A stretch of 44,328 nt of DNA from a virus (taxonomy: Duplodnaviria > Caudoviricetes): IMG/VR virus record IMGVR_UViG_3300017589_000277, positions 1 through 44,328 of that record. One strand, written 5' to 3'. Below the pieces are notes generated by a model. The model was not told the origin of the DNA, made no database searches, and worked only from the letters and a program-made list of their open reading frames with translations. The translations under genes and the position numbers were made by a program. Of the stretch, positions 1 to 9,251 are shown piece after piece. Positions within the stretch are counted from its first letter, which is position 1, and every line of letters begins with the position of its first letter.

Positions 1-345
1 CTAGTCGATTTCAAATTTTGGTTTATCCCAATCGGATCCGCACCTAGAATGATAGCCTAATAGGGCTTGCAAGTTTATAGCATCTTTGCTAATGAGTAGC
101 GTAAAAAAGGTATATATTTTATCGTAGCAAAAAGCATTGAGCACTTTCATGTCTTCCTGCGAGAGTTTCCCATCGGCGTGCATATCCTCAACGGGACCGT
201 TGCGGAAACAGTAATGCGTCAGTCCGCGCGCAAGCTCTTCTATGGTATAATCCTTTTTGCCGAACATCAGCGCACCGTTAAGCCGATTAAAGCTGTTGGC
301 GTCCATCTCTTTTTCAAGTATCTTCAAAATATCTTTTGTATCCAT
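1..345 (-). CDS. Hypothetical protein (moron-like, own promoter)
   Basis: 114-aa ORF with HYCFRNGPVEDMH motif, directly preceded by a sigma-A-like promoter. Confidence 0.75.
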   Translation of the reverse strand: MDTKDILKILEKEMDANSFNRLNGALMFGKKDYTIEELARGLTHYCFRNGPVEDMHADGKLSQEDMKVLNAFCYDKIYTFFTLLISKDAINLQALLGYHSRCGSDWDKPKFEID

Positions 346-352
346 GAATGAT

Positions 353-381
353 ATATTAAGTCATCAGCCCGACATTGTCAA
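353..381 (-). promoter_or_regulatory. Sigma-70/A promoter for ORF 1..345, probably leaderless mRNA
   Basis: TTGACA (381-376), 17 nt, TAATAT (358-353); ATG at 345; no SD between them. Confidence 0.6.
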
Positions 382-394
382 CGCTAATTTTAAT

Positions 395-1237
395 TTAAGG
401 CTCCGTTTTTGCGTCCTCAAAGAAAGTGCCGAGCAGTTGGAGCCTTCGTTTGAAGATATCGTTCTTGCGTAATGAATACTGCTTCACGCCGCCGGAATAA
501 CCTCCCCAAGCGGAAGTGACCATAATAGAAAGGTTGACGGCAAAATCTATAAGCACATCACTTGTCAGACCGCCCGAAAGTTTATCATAGGATATATATC
601 CGAGTATAAGCGCGGTCACGAGTTTTTGCATAATCTTAATACTTATAGAAACGGCTTCTTCTGCGGGCTCGTTGTAGTCAACGCCGTAACTGTATTTTCT
701 TCGTACAACACTGTCGGTCATGATTGACAAAGGGTTGAGTTCACGCACTTTAATTTTGCCGCGATAAACTTTAGATATGACCCTTTTTTGTTTTTTTGTA
801 AACTCTGCATTTATATGTTCATTTGTGTAATTAAGATACTCTTCATATGTAACGCCCGCATCTTTCAGAGTATCTTCCTGCTTTTGTCTTAAAAATTCCG
901 CTGTCTTTTTGGCGCAGAATTCACGAAATCGCGCGTTCAATTTTTTATTGTTTATATCGCTGACAAGTTCTCCGTAACGCGCTGCATTTTTACTGTATGC
1001 AGATTCCGGGTTATTTCTTACGCTGTCTTTTCCTGCCGGACGCCATATAATATGCATTGTGACTAGTATTGCGCCGCTAAAAACAAACCCAAGCATGATG
1101 TCTTGTATCTGCGCGTCTTTTTTTGCATACAATTCGACAAAACGTTGTATGATTACGATTCCTATCAGCAGCGCGGTTATAAGAAAAGGAACTGCTGTTT
1201 TCATCTTTTGCGCCAAATCACCTTCAAATTTCTTCAT
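395..1237 (-). CDS. Multi-pass membrane protein (lysis/release cassette candidate)
   Basis: 280 aa, two N-terminal and two C-terminal hydrophobic segments around a basic soluble domain; overlaps upstream gene. Confidence 0.75.
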   Translation of the reverse strand: MKKFEGDLAQKMKTAVPFLITALLIGIVIIQRFVELYAKKDAQIQDIMLGFVFSGAILVTMHIIWRPAGKDSVRNNPESAYSKNAARYGELVSDINNKKLNARFREFCAKKTAEFLRQKQEDTLKDAGVTYEEYLNYTNEHINAEFTKKQKRVISKVYRGKIKVRELNPLSIMTDSVVRRKYSYGVDYNEPAEEAVSISIKIMQKLVTALILGYISYDKLSGGLTSDVLIDFAVNLSIMVTSAWGGYSGGVKQYSLRKNDIFKRRLQLLGTFFEDAKTEP

Positions 1238-1739
1238 CTTCTATTCTCCTATGCTTGCTCCGAATGCTTGCAATCTCGCATACGCTGAATACTTCTCCAA
1301 GTACATAGCTTATAGTTATGAACCCGAATACGCCGAACAGCTTGACGATCGCCTGCTCCAATGCCCAACATACGTACATTGACCCGGCAAGGATAGCAAA
1401 CGGCACAACAAACGCCATGAGGCTTTCAATGATTTTTGATTTGCGTATGGCACGCTCGATCAGCAGTGTTTTGTCCGGCGCGGTTTCTGTTTCAATCTGC
1501 GTTTCAAATACAGCAATCTTTGCGGAGAGCTTTTTTGCATACTTGTTGAGCAACAGTTTTTTTGCAAGGATAAGCACTAACACAATCATGACGATGCCGG
1601 TGATGCCTATTTTGAAAGACACATTTTCAGGCGTGTCTTTCAGCGTCGAGTATTGCATTACAATAAAAGTAACCGGCGCGGCGAACCAACATACCAGTTC
1701 CAGTATGAAAAATATCATACGTTTAGAAGTCCATTTCAT
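1224..1739 (-). CDS. Membrane protein with about 4 TM segments (holin-like candidate)
   Basis: 171 aa, four hydrophobic stretches, charged C-terminal tail. Confidence 0.7.
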   Translation of the reverse strand: MKWTSKRMIFFILELVCWFAAPVTFIVMQYSTLKDTPENVSFKIGITGIVMIVLVLILAKKLLLNKYAKKLSAKIAVFETQIETETAPDKTLLIERAIRKSKIIESLMAFVVPFAILAGSMYVCWALEQAIVKLFGVFGFITISYVLGEVFSVCEIASIRSKHRRIEDEEI

Positions 1740-1750
1740 ACGACACCGCC

Positions 1751-2314
1751 TTAACCGAATGAAATCGCGTTCTTCGGTTTGACCTCTACAACCGGCACGG
1801 GCTTGACGGCTTCCACAACAGGCGCGGTATCGTCTAACTCAATGACAATAGGCTCTTTAGGCTCTTCCGGCAGCGCACCGCGCGCAGAAACCACAGTAGC
1901 AAGCAATTCAGCCTTTTGCTTGTCGCTCATTTCCCTGCCGCGTACAAGAAGGTCAGCAACACCCACAGAAGCCGTCTTGACGTCTTTCATATCGGAAGAT
2001 AGCGACAGCATCATGTCTTTGAACTCTGAACGCATTTCTGTCGCTACCTCGGAAGCTATTTTTCTTGCCTCTGATTCAAGCAAGGTTTTAATGTCGATGT
2101 TGATTGATTTTTTCCCGATACCTTTAACCACTTTATCAGATATTGCGGAAACGAGATCGTAATTTGTTAGTTCGTTGCTTCGCTTCGAGAGAAGCGTTAA
2201 GACGGCTTTTTTGACTAAAGCAACAGTAACCGTACCGCCGCTAAGAAGAGCGACGATTTGCACAGCCAAGGCGACCCAAGGCTGAATTTGTTCCCATAAA
2301 ACGTTAAAATCCAT
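1751..2314 (-). CDS. N-terminally anchored coiled-coil membrane protein
   Basis: 187 aa, N-terminal hydrophobic helix, helical middle, Pro/Val-rich tail; AAGGAG RBS. Confidence 0.75.
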   Translation of the reverse strand: MDFNVLWEQIQPWVALAVQIVALLSGGTVTVALVKKAVLTLLSKRSNELTNYDLVSAISDKVVKGIGKKSINIDIKTLLESEARKIASEVATEMRSEFKDMMLSLSSDMKDVKTASVGVADLLVRGREMSDKQKAELLATVVSARGALPEEPKEPIVIELDDTAPVVEAVKPVPVVEVKPKNAISFG

Positions 2315-2323
2315 ATGTACTCC

Positions 2324-2602
2324 TTATACCCTTAAAGGGTCAGTTTCGAGTTTTCTCAAGCGGCTCATAATGTCCGTGTTCTCGTTGAACATCTTGCTGA
2401 ACTCTTTTTCGCAAGAACTTTTTAATGCCGAAACGCGCGAGTCTACCGCGGTGGCATTTGAAGCGTCTTTCATGCTTGCTTCTAGTGCTTTTATGCGCCC
2501 ATCAAAGCCCATAACGATACTTTTCAGATCGTTAGTTTCTTGTGAAAGAAGTTTGACACGCGCTATTAGGGTTTTTACGTTGCTTTCGTCGACTGTGTTC
2601 AT
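2324..2602 (-). CDS. Small coiled-coil protein
   Basis: 92 aa with heptad pattern; ATGA overlap with upstream gene; GGAG RBS. Confidence 0.75.
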   Translation of the reverse strand: MNTVDESNVKTLIARVKLLSQETNDLKSIVMGFDGRIKALEASMKDASNATAVDSRVSALKSSCEKEFSKMFNENTDIMSRLRKLETDPLRV

Positions 2603-2856
2603 GGTTGTTCTCCTTGTTCAATAAATTCTTCCGTTTCCTGCGCCATTTGTGCTCTTAATGCTTCTTGTTCTGCCTCATAAGCAATTCGCTCTGCCTCTGC
2701 TTCCTCTATCGTTGTTGCGGTAGAGGAAGGTATGAGGATTTTGTGATTAATCAGGTCTGAAATTTCGTGTTCTTTGACAAGATACACATCGCCTATAAGC
2801 CCAAGTTTTTTCTTAAAGTTCTCAATTTGTACGTTAATTCCATCTCTGTAAATCAT
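2599..2856 (-). CDS. Small protein downstream of fibre gene (possible fibre chaperone)
   Basis: Start revised to ATG at 2856 (GGAGGtataacaacATG), 85 aa. Confidence 0.65.
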   Translation of the reverse strand: MIYRDGINVQIENFKKKLGLIGDVYLVKEHEISDLINHKILIPSSTATTIEEAEAERIAYEAEQEALRAQMAQETEEFIEQGEQP

Positions 2857-2860
2857 GTTG

Positions 2861-4894
2861 TTATACCTCCACGTATAGCAGTCTGCCTGCAACATAGACA
2901 CCACCGGAGTTATTTGTATTAGCGTAAAGTCCTTCCTGGTTGCCTTGGTAATATGACCCTGTATTGTAAGCACTGGCACCAGAATAATAGGCTAAGTCGC
3001 AAAAATAGGTATTATAACTAGCATTATTTACACTCTCGCAAGGCATACATTCAAACGGATTATCAGCGTCCCATCCAATAGCCGCAACACAACCTGGAGA
3101 AAGGTTTACACCAGTATAGCAAAGTAATGATTTTCCACTAGTAGTGTCAGAAAAGTAAACTGGATTATTTGTTGCATATAAACTTGAATTCAAAGAAGAT
3201 TGACCAACAATACCATCAATAAACTCAAAGCAGTTTCCCACAAAATCTTCAATATAGTGATACCTCATTGGATAATAAGACGGACCAAGTTTCCACCCAG
3301 TTGGAGTAGTTAGTGTATCTGTAGTACCACATGGCGATAAAGCACTAGAAGCTGCTTGACCTGCAATAATAGAATTTGAATTTTTTGTAGCAAATTCTAT
3401 CATCCATAAAAATTTCATAGCCGTGGAATGATACAAATCTAATGGTCTATAATTACTTCCCGTATTAGCCGCGTAAGTCCTTAAATTCGCTCTTGATGTA
3501 CTTCTAAGCCGCGATACACCTGATATAGACAGTAATTTATTATTTGCATCTTTATATGCACCATAGCACCCATACCAAAACTCATCTACTTTATACCAAG
3601 ACCCTTCTCCACTCGGCTTTTGAGATACGGCTATATCAGTTATTCGATAACTAGCGTCACACCCAACTCTGAAATACATTTCAGGCAGGTGCAAAAAACT
3701 ATTCCCTAATGCATCTGTTTCTTTTACGGCAATATTCCACGGGAATAGGTCATCAAAATCGGAAGCTATCGTACCTGCCGATGCGTTCCTAACATAGGTT
3801 TTTCCAATAGCTTGGTCTGTACGTGTTAGGGTAGGACTGCTATCATACATACCAGCTACGCCATAAATAGGAGCAACTCCTACAAGATAAATGTAAGCAT
3901 TATTGTATCTGGAAGATTGGTAAGTTCCCTCACTTTGTGCAATTAGGGTAATGTGATATATACCATCGGCTTGACCATTAAAGAGGTTAGATAGATTTAT
4001 TGGTGAAGTAGTTGAATAAGGCAAAAAACCGCCTAATTCCCAAACAAAAATGGAGTAACGAGTAGCATTATCAACGAGGTTAAAGTTAAAAGAATCACCA
4101 TTCATGGCTATGGATGTAGGGGTGTCAAGTACGGGGTAATCCATAGCAATAGCAGTAACAATCAAATCACCTACGTCATTAAGCAGAACAAAGTCCAGGG
4201 TAAGCACCCCTGTAGAGTCCACATATCTATAATCAAATAGTGCGCCTAATTCTGTGAGTTCATAAGTAAAATAAGGAATCCCGTTTCCTCCAAGGCTAAT
4301 AACGATATCTCGGGGTCTGTACTTTCCTGCGGCGGGGGTAAATGTGGTTTCAAACAAGCCATCTTCTATAATAGCCTGTTTCGTATAAGTAGAGCCCAAA
4401 TCTGTCAACGTCTGTGTTACGGAATAAACAGAGAAGGACAGTGAATTGCTTGAATCGCTATCAGTAAAATTAATTCCTGAAGCTTTAACAGTTATTACAA
4501 AATCTCCAACACCCAAAGTTTCTAAATCAAAATCGGTATCGTCAATTAAATCTAGTAAGGTTCCGTTGTTGTACAGTTTATAACCAACAACATATGTTCC
4601 ATTAGAGCTAGGATTCATGATGGTCATAATGTTTCTAGCTCTTGTGATTGTAACTGCGTTTAGCTGAGGTTGAGTACCTCCACCTCCTTGATAAGTTCCT
4701 ACTACCCCACCTATATTTACACCATCAAGCATGTTTTCCGGAAGCATGGTGTCAGGCTTTTGAACAGTAACCTTAGCCATTGTTTTTCCTTCAGAAGGAT
4801 ACACAATTTGATCCCCACTTGCCATGTTTAGGGCAACGGTTTTTTCTTCAGTAGGTAGTCCACTTCCTTTCTGTGTTAAATTAGACTTATACAT
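2861..4894 (-). CDS. Receptor-binding/tail fibre protein with FN3-like modules and C-terminal C-type-lectin (Mtd/FGE-like) domain
   Basis: 677 aa; two FN3-like beta segments; C-terminal IEFATKNS...IEDFVGNCFEFIDG...YFCD...GRLLY pattern. Confidence 0.7.
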   Translation of the reverse strand: MYKSNLTQKGSGLPTEEKTVALNMASGDQIVYPSEGKTMAKVTVQKPDTMLPENMLDGVNIGGVVGTYQGGGGTQPQLNAVTITRARNIMTIMNPSSNGTYVVGYKLYNNGTLLDLIDDTDFDLETLGVGDFVITVKASGINFTDSDSSNSLSFSVYSVTQTLTDLGSTYTKQAIIEDGLFETTFTPAAGKYRPRDIVISLGGNGIPYFTYELTELGALFDYRYVDSTGVLTLDFVLLNDVGDLIVTAIAMDYPVLDTPTSIAMNGDSFNFNLVDNATRYSIFVWELGGFLPYSTTSPINLSNLFNGQADGIYHITLIAQSEGTYQSSRYNNAYIYLVGVAPIYGVAGMYDSSPTLTRTDQAIGKTYVRNASAGTIASDFDDLFPWNIAVKETDALGNSFLHLPEMYFRVGCDASYRITDIAVSQKPSGEGSWYKVDEFWYGCYGAYKDANNKLLSISGVSRLRSTSRANLRTYAANTGSNYRPLDLYHSTAMKFLWMIEFATKNSNSIIAGQAASSALSPCGTTDTLTTPTGWKLGPSYYPMRYHYIEDFVGNCFEFIDGIVGQSSLNSSLYATNNPVYFSDTTSGKSLLCYTGVNLSPGCVAAIGWDADNPFECMPCESVNNASYNTYFCDLAYYSGASAYNTGSYYQGNQEGLYANTNNSGGVYVAGRLLYVEV

Positions 4895-6609
4895 TAGACT
4901 ACCTCCGTAAACTTATAACCTACAATTACAATAGTGATATCTGGTATTGCAGATGCATACACATAAAAACCACCATTATACTGGTCTCCTGAAGCCTTTA
5001 GAATACCCAGAGCATCTGCCGCATCGTCAAAATAGACATCGCCAACATGTGATGCGGTAAGCCCTGTAACAGGTACAGCCGCCCTATATCCGTAATCTTC
5101 ATAGGTGGTATCTGCTGCCCAGTCGGTTGTAAGCACGGTCGCGGAGCCTTTAAGCGTACCCCCTGGCATAAGGCGGTAACCGTCTAAAAGCGTGGCGCCT
5201 GCGGTTACAAGAGCAGATTTTGCAGTTTGTGCTAATGAGGCGGTTGCGCATATAATGTCTGTTAATGAGCATTGAAATGCGGTTCCTGACATTGCAGGAA
5301 GTGCCGCGGTATGCTTGAATTCAATTTCACGTAACGAATTGCAAAAAAGCGCACCGCTTTCAATAGTTTCTATAGTTGACGGAAGTATTATTTTTTTAAG
5401 TTTATTTTGAGCATAAAATGCATTGTAACCGAGCGTTTGAAGAAGAATACACGGAGATAAATCTACATATGTAAACGCGCATAAAGCAAAAGCGTTTAAC
5501 CCTACAGATACTAAAGATGGAGACCATAAAACGGTTTCTAATTTCGAGCAGCCACTACACACATAATTCCCAAGCGATTGTGTATATTGCGATAAATATA
5601 GTGCTACAAGGCTTGAGCACCCGCGAAGTGCGCTATTACCAATGGCTCCAGTCCAATTTAACGAGAATTCCAATTTGAAAAGATTATAACAACCGTAAAA
5701 ACTATTATCTGCCATCGGGCAATTTGTACCAATGTATACTTCTATGTATTTTTCACCTCCTGATGATGCGCTATTTACGTTAAAGCCATTAAATGTACCG
5801 GAAATCAATATGTAATAATAACCCGCATAGGCGTAATTTAGCGTTTTGTTACCTCCCGATGTGTATGCCGCAGGGATTGTACCATCACCTTTTGAAACAA
5901 TATAATTTAAGTCAGAACCCGCGGCAAGGTGCAGCGTGTTATTACCGGCACTAGCCGAGAAACCAATAACTGTTATGCTCGGCTGTCTAGCAAGTACAGC
6001 CATTTGAGCTGCGGCTACGGACTGATCTACATATTGCGTAGTGGAAGCAATAGCCAATTTTTCTTTGTCTTCCGCAGTAAATGCAGCGGTCATATTGTCT
6101 AGTATAGCTTTGTTTGTGTGACTATGAGACGCGGTAACAGCCGCATCGTAAGCGGCTTTAAGAATATCAGTAAAGTCATTTGTTGATAAACTTTTGCCTT
6201 CGACTTTGTCAACCTTATTACTTAGTGCCGTTTCGATAGCGTCAACAGCCTCCGAAAGCGCGGTTATCAGTTCGCTGATATTCGTATCTTCGTCGTATCC
6301 GATTGCGGTCTTAATATGATTAATTTCAGCCTTACAATAGTCAAGATACGCCTGTATGGTGGTTATCGTTTCGCCGTCTACCGCGCCGATATTTGCAGCA
6401 GATGTAGACCCTTTCATGAGGTCAATAAGACCGTTAAAAAGGGTAATAAGATACTCGACCGCAGCGTCAAATTGAGCCTTTAGCCCTGCAGCTGTAAGCC
6501 CGTTTCCGCCTAGTTCCGCAGATCTGTTTGGTCTGTCGGCAAGTTTTTTGATGCTTTTATTATATAGGATTACTGGATTCGGTTTTTGCCCGTCAAATAT
6601 ATTACTCAT
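4894..6609 (-). CDS. Tail fibre-like protein with BspA-type leucine-rich repeats
   Basis: 571 aa; coiled N-terminus, KVDKVEGKSLSTNDFT fibre motif, repeats such as IGNSALRGCSSL, LGNYVCSGCSKL, LPSTIETIESGALF. Confidence 0.75.
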   Translation of the reverse strand: MSNIFDGQKPNPVILYNKSIKKLADRPNRSAELGGNGLTAAGLKAQFDAAVEYLITLFNGLIDLMKGSTSAANIGAVDGETITTIQAYLDYCKAEINHIKTAIGYDEDTNISELITALSEAVDAIETALSNKVDKVEGKSLSTNDFTDILKAAYDAAVTASHSHTNKAILDNMTAAFTAEDKEKLAIASTTQYVDQSVAAAQMAVLARQPSITVIGFSASAGNNTLHLAAGSDLNYIVSKGDGTIPAAYTSGGNKTLNYAYAGYYYILISGTFNGFNVNSASSGGEKYIEVYIGTNCPMADNSFYGCYNLFKLEFSLNWTGAIGNSALRGCSSLVALYLSQYTQSLGNYVCSGCSKLETVLWSPSLVSVGLNAFALCAFTYVDLSPCILLQTLGYNAFYAQNKLKKIILPSTIETIESGALFCNSLREIEFKHTAALPAMSGTAFQCSLTDIICATASLAQTAKSALVTAGATLLDGYRLMPGGTLKGSATVLTTDWAADTTYEDYGYRAAVPVTGLTASHVGDVYFDDAADALGILKASGDQYNGGFYVYASAIPDITIVIVGYKFTEVV

Positions 6610-6620
6610 GCGTGATTCTC

Positions 6621-9251
6621 CTATTTAATCCGTCCGACAAGGCTGTATTGATACATAATGTGATAGAGCGCGAAAGGCTTCAAAATCACATCACTCATGA
6701 CGTATAGCTGCTTTTCTACCCATTTCTTTTCCTTTTCATTGACTACAAATGTCTGTTGATCGTCCATGTTGAAAGTAAGATCCGCAAAGTCGACATCGCC
6801 GAAGTCAAAGAAACTGCTGTTAATTTCTCCCACCGTCAAAAACGCGCTTTTGTTTGTTCTTACGCGTATTTTTAAGTTACTTTGGGAAAGCGTTTTACAC
6901 TTGACAACCATTGATTTCTTCAGCGTGGTTTTGTATAAATTCGGATATCCACAGTTGTCGAACACGGTCGCAACGCCGCAAACGATCGCTCGGTTGTCAA
7001 ACGAGTACGCCGCAGAAGGAATCATCCCGTCTTCTCTTTTGTCAAACGCAAACTTACATATATAACCGTTTTCAGTACCGAAAATGATGTTTTCTTGATA
7101 TGAATTGATACACGACGCAGCACCAAAAACACCGCCGATATAGTCTGATTGCCGTTCTACAAGGTAATACTTTGTGTATGTAACTTCGCTGATTGTCACC
7201 TCGTATTCAACATAATTGAAAGTGTGCGTAACTTCACCGATCAGGACGGTTCCGCTTAATATTTCGCGCTCTCCCGTGCCGTCTGATAACGGATCATTTG
7301 CATTGGTTCCGATAATATCATCCGGCGCAAGCTCAAGCGGCGCTCCGTCAATAGTAACGTCGTCAAATTCTTCCGGCATCTCGCTTGAAAACGTATAACG
7401 CGGATACTGTGCTTCGTAGACGCCTATACCTTGCAGATAGTACCACTCATACTCTTTTGTGTTAAGTTTGGATAAATACACCTGACGGCTGTCTGCAAGG
7501 TAGATATGACCGTTTACAAGGCATATAAGATATCCGCTCCATTCTTCTAGCAGACATTTTGCTAAGTCTTCATTGACAAATCTCCCGTCTACAAGTGACG
7601 AGCGATGCTCAATAGAACGTTCAGAGCTTACAAGAAGCTGCCCTATACCTTTAAGCCCAAGGCGGGATACAAATACCGGATCATCGAGAAAGCTCGTACA
7701 ATCTCCAATGCAGCCAATGCCGGGAACGCCGGGCTTTGACGGATAAATGCGCGGGTTTAAGTCGCTTTCAATATCTTGCGCGTAATGGTAATATTGTGAT
7801 GCGTCCTGCAGCGTGTCGCTTTTCAGCACCAGTAACGTATCTGTCAATGTAGTGAGCGCGGTAATTGGCGACGGTCCTTTACCATCCACAAAAAAGCATA
7901 ACGCGCCGATGTACGACGGATCGTCCACCATGCAGTGATACACTTCGTTGTGATGCGTAGGGTTTCCAGAAAAGAAAGCGCGGTTATCAAATACGGCAGA
8001 CAGCGTGCATTTATTTATGATGTCCGCATCGCTTGTGATCGCTTTTGCAGCTTTGATAGAAATTCCCGCATAATCAATCGCGTAACCGTTATCCTGAGGA
8101 CGCGTGGGCGCGGTTACAAATGTTACAATACCTTTTGTAATATCAACCGTGTAATTCGTTGTAACTTCTTTTTCTACACCGTACACAGTCACTTCTTCGA
8201 TGCTGTCAATATCGTTTTCACTAAGCGTATAAGTTGTGACAATCTTTGCAAGTTTTTTCGCCGTAAGGGTGACTTCTTCGTCGACGCCGCCCACGGTATA
8301 ATGTTCCGTGACAAGTCCGCTGAGTTTCAACGCTTCGCGCACTTTATCTCCAAGTGTTGCGGCGGTGTCGGAAAGTTCAACGGTTATGTAGCCTTCATAT
8401 TCTTGACTATCAAATAAATAGGAAGACAATATTAGTTTTGCGTATCCTGCAGCCGATATTGTGCTGATCGCAACATCAAGCTGCGCGACTTGCTTATTTG
8501 TCAACGTGGGAGCCTGTGTAATGACGCTTTCTTCCGATGTTACGCCTACAGATGTCCAGTCTTCAATACTTAGTTCAAGAGGGAACGTCGCCGGTGTAGG
8601 CGCGATAAAAGTGTTTATAAAATAATTACTAATGCGGTTTCTTTGCGCAACCTCAGCCCCAGTGCTTTCAAGTTCTCCGGCGGCGCTTTGCGCGGGTATT
8701 CTGTTAACAAATGTAATAGGCACATACCCTACAACAGCTTCACAAACAAGCGCTGATCCGCTATAATACGCTTTTCTGTATGTTGTTCCGTCAAGAATAT
8801 AACAAGCATTGTTAAAAATAAAAGACGATGATTTTGCGTTCGCAAGCCCGGAGAAAATGAGGTCAGCGGAAGTTAACAACATTTTATTTTCAAGAACAGT
8901 TTCACTAGAATGAGGGTAATTTGGGTATGACGCCCAAACATAAAGTTTTGTTCCGGCGTGAATCAATATGACTTCTACAGTCGCGCTTCCGCTATTATAT
9001 TTGAACGGAATCAGCTTGTGTACTTTTGGGACAACGGTACCTTCAAGCGGGATTTTTATCATGCGTTCAAAACCGGGAAAGGTTTCAATGGCTTGTCCCT
9101 GACTGCTCTTGTAGTCCTTGTACATGTTCACAATGTACGGAAAACGATTTTTAGCAACAAGAACCGGGTCGGATGAAAAATCCGCACCCGCAAAGTCGTT
9201 ATAAATGCGATTATACGCTGTAGGCGGTATTATGTTTTGCATTACGCCCAT
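6621..9251 (-). CDS. Tail nozzle / tubular protein B (P22 gp10, T7 gp12-like)
   Basis: 876-aa beta-rich protein after the adaptor; N-terminal FAGADFS, DNRAFFSG, GIGCIG, PVFVSRLG motifs. Confidence 0.7.
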   Translation of the reverse strand: MGVMQNIIPPTAYNRIYNDFAGADFSSDPVLVAKNRFPYIVNMYKDYKSSQGQAIETFPGFERMIKIPLEGTVVPKVHKLIPFKYNSGSATVEVILIHAGTKLYVWASYPNYPHSSETVLENKMLLTSADLIFSGLANAKSSSFIFNNACYILDGTTYRKAYYSGSALVCEAVVGYVPITFVNRIPAQSAAGELESTGAEVAQRNRISNYFINTFIAPTPATFPLELSIEDWTSVGVTSEESVITQAPTLTNKQVAQLDVAISTISAAGYAKLILSSYLFDSQEYEGYITVELSDTAATLGDKVREALKLSGLVTEHYTVGGVDEEVTLTAKKLAKIVTTYTLSENDIDSIEEVTVYGVEKEVTTNYTVDITKGIVTFVTAPTRPQDNGYAIDYAGISIKAAKAITSDADIINKCTLSAVFDNRAFFSGNPTHHNEVYHCMVDDPSYIGALCFFVDGKGPSPITALTTLTDTLLVLKSDTLQDASQYYHYAQDIESDLNPRIYPSKPGVPGIGCIGDCTSFLDDPVFVSRLGLKGIGQLLVSSERSIEHRSSLVDGRFVNEDLAKCLLEEWSGYLICLVNGHIYLADSRQVYLSKLNTKEYEWYYLQGIGVYEAQYPRYTFSSEMPEEFDDVTIDGAPLELAPDDIIGTNANDPLSDGTGEREILSGTVLIGEVTHTFNYVEYEVTISEVTYTKYYLVERQSDYIGGVFGAASCINSYQENIIFGTENGYICKFAFDKREDGMIPSAAYSFDNRAIVCGVATVFDNCGYPNLYKTTLKKSMVVKCKTLSQSNLKIRVRTNKSAFLTVGEINSSFFDFGDVDFADLTFNMDDQQTFVVNEKEKKWVEKQLYVMSDVILKPFALYHIMYQYSLVGRIK

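Noticed and set aside
2857-2979. N-terminal extension of ORF 2599..2979
   Set aside because: Overlaps the fibre gene; RBS supports the start at 2856.
2861-3010. Complete diversity-generating retroelement
   Set aside because: No reverse transcriptase, Avd or template repeat seen in the window.
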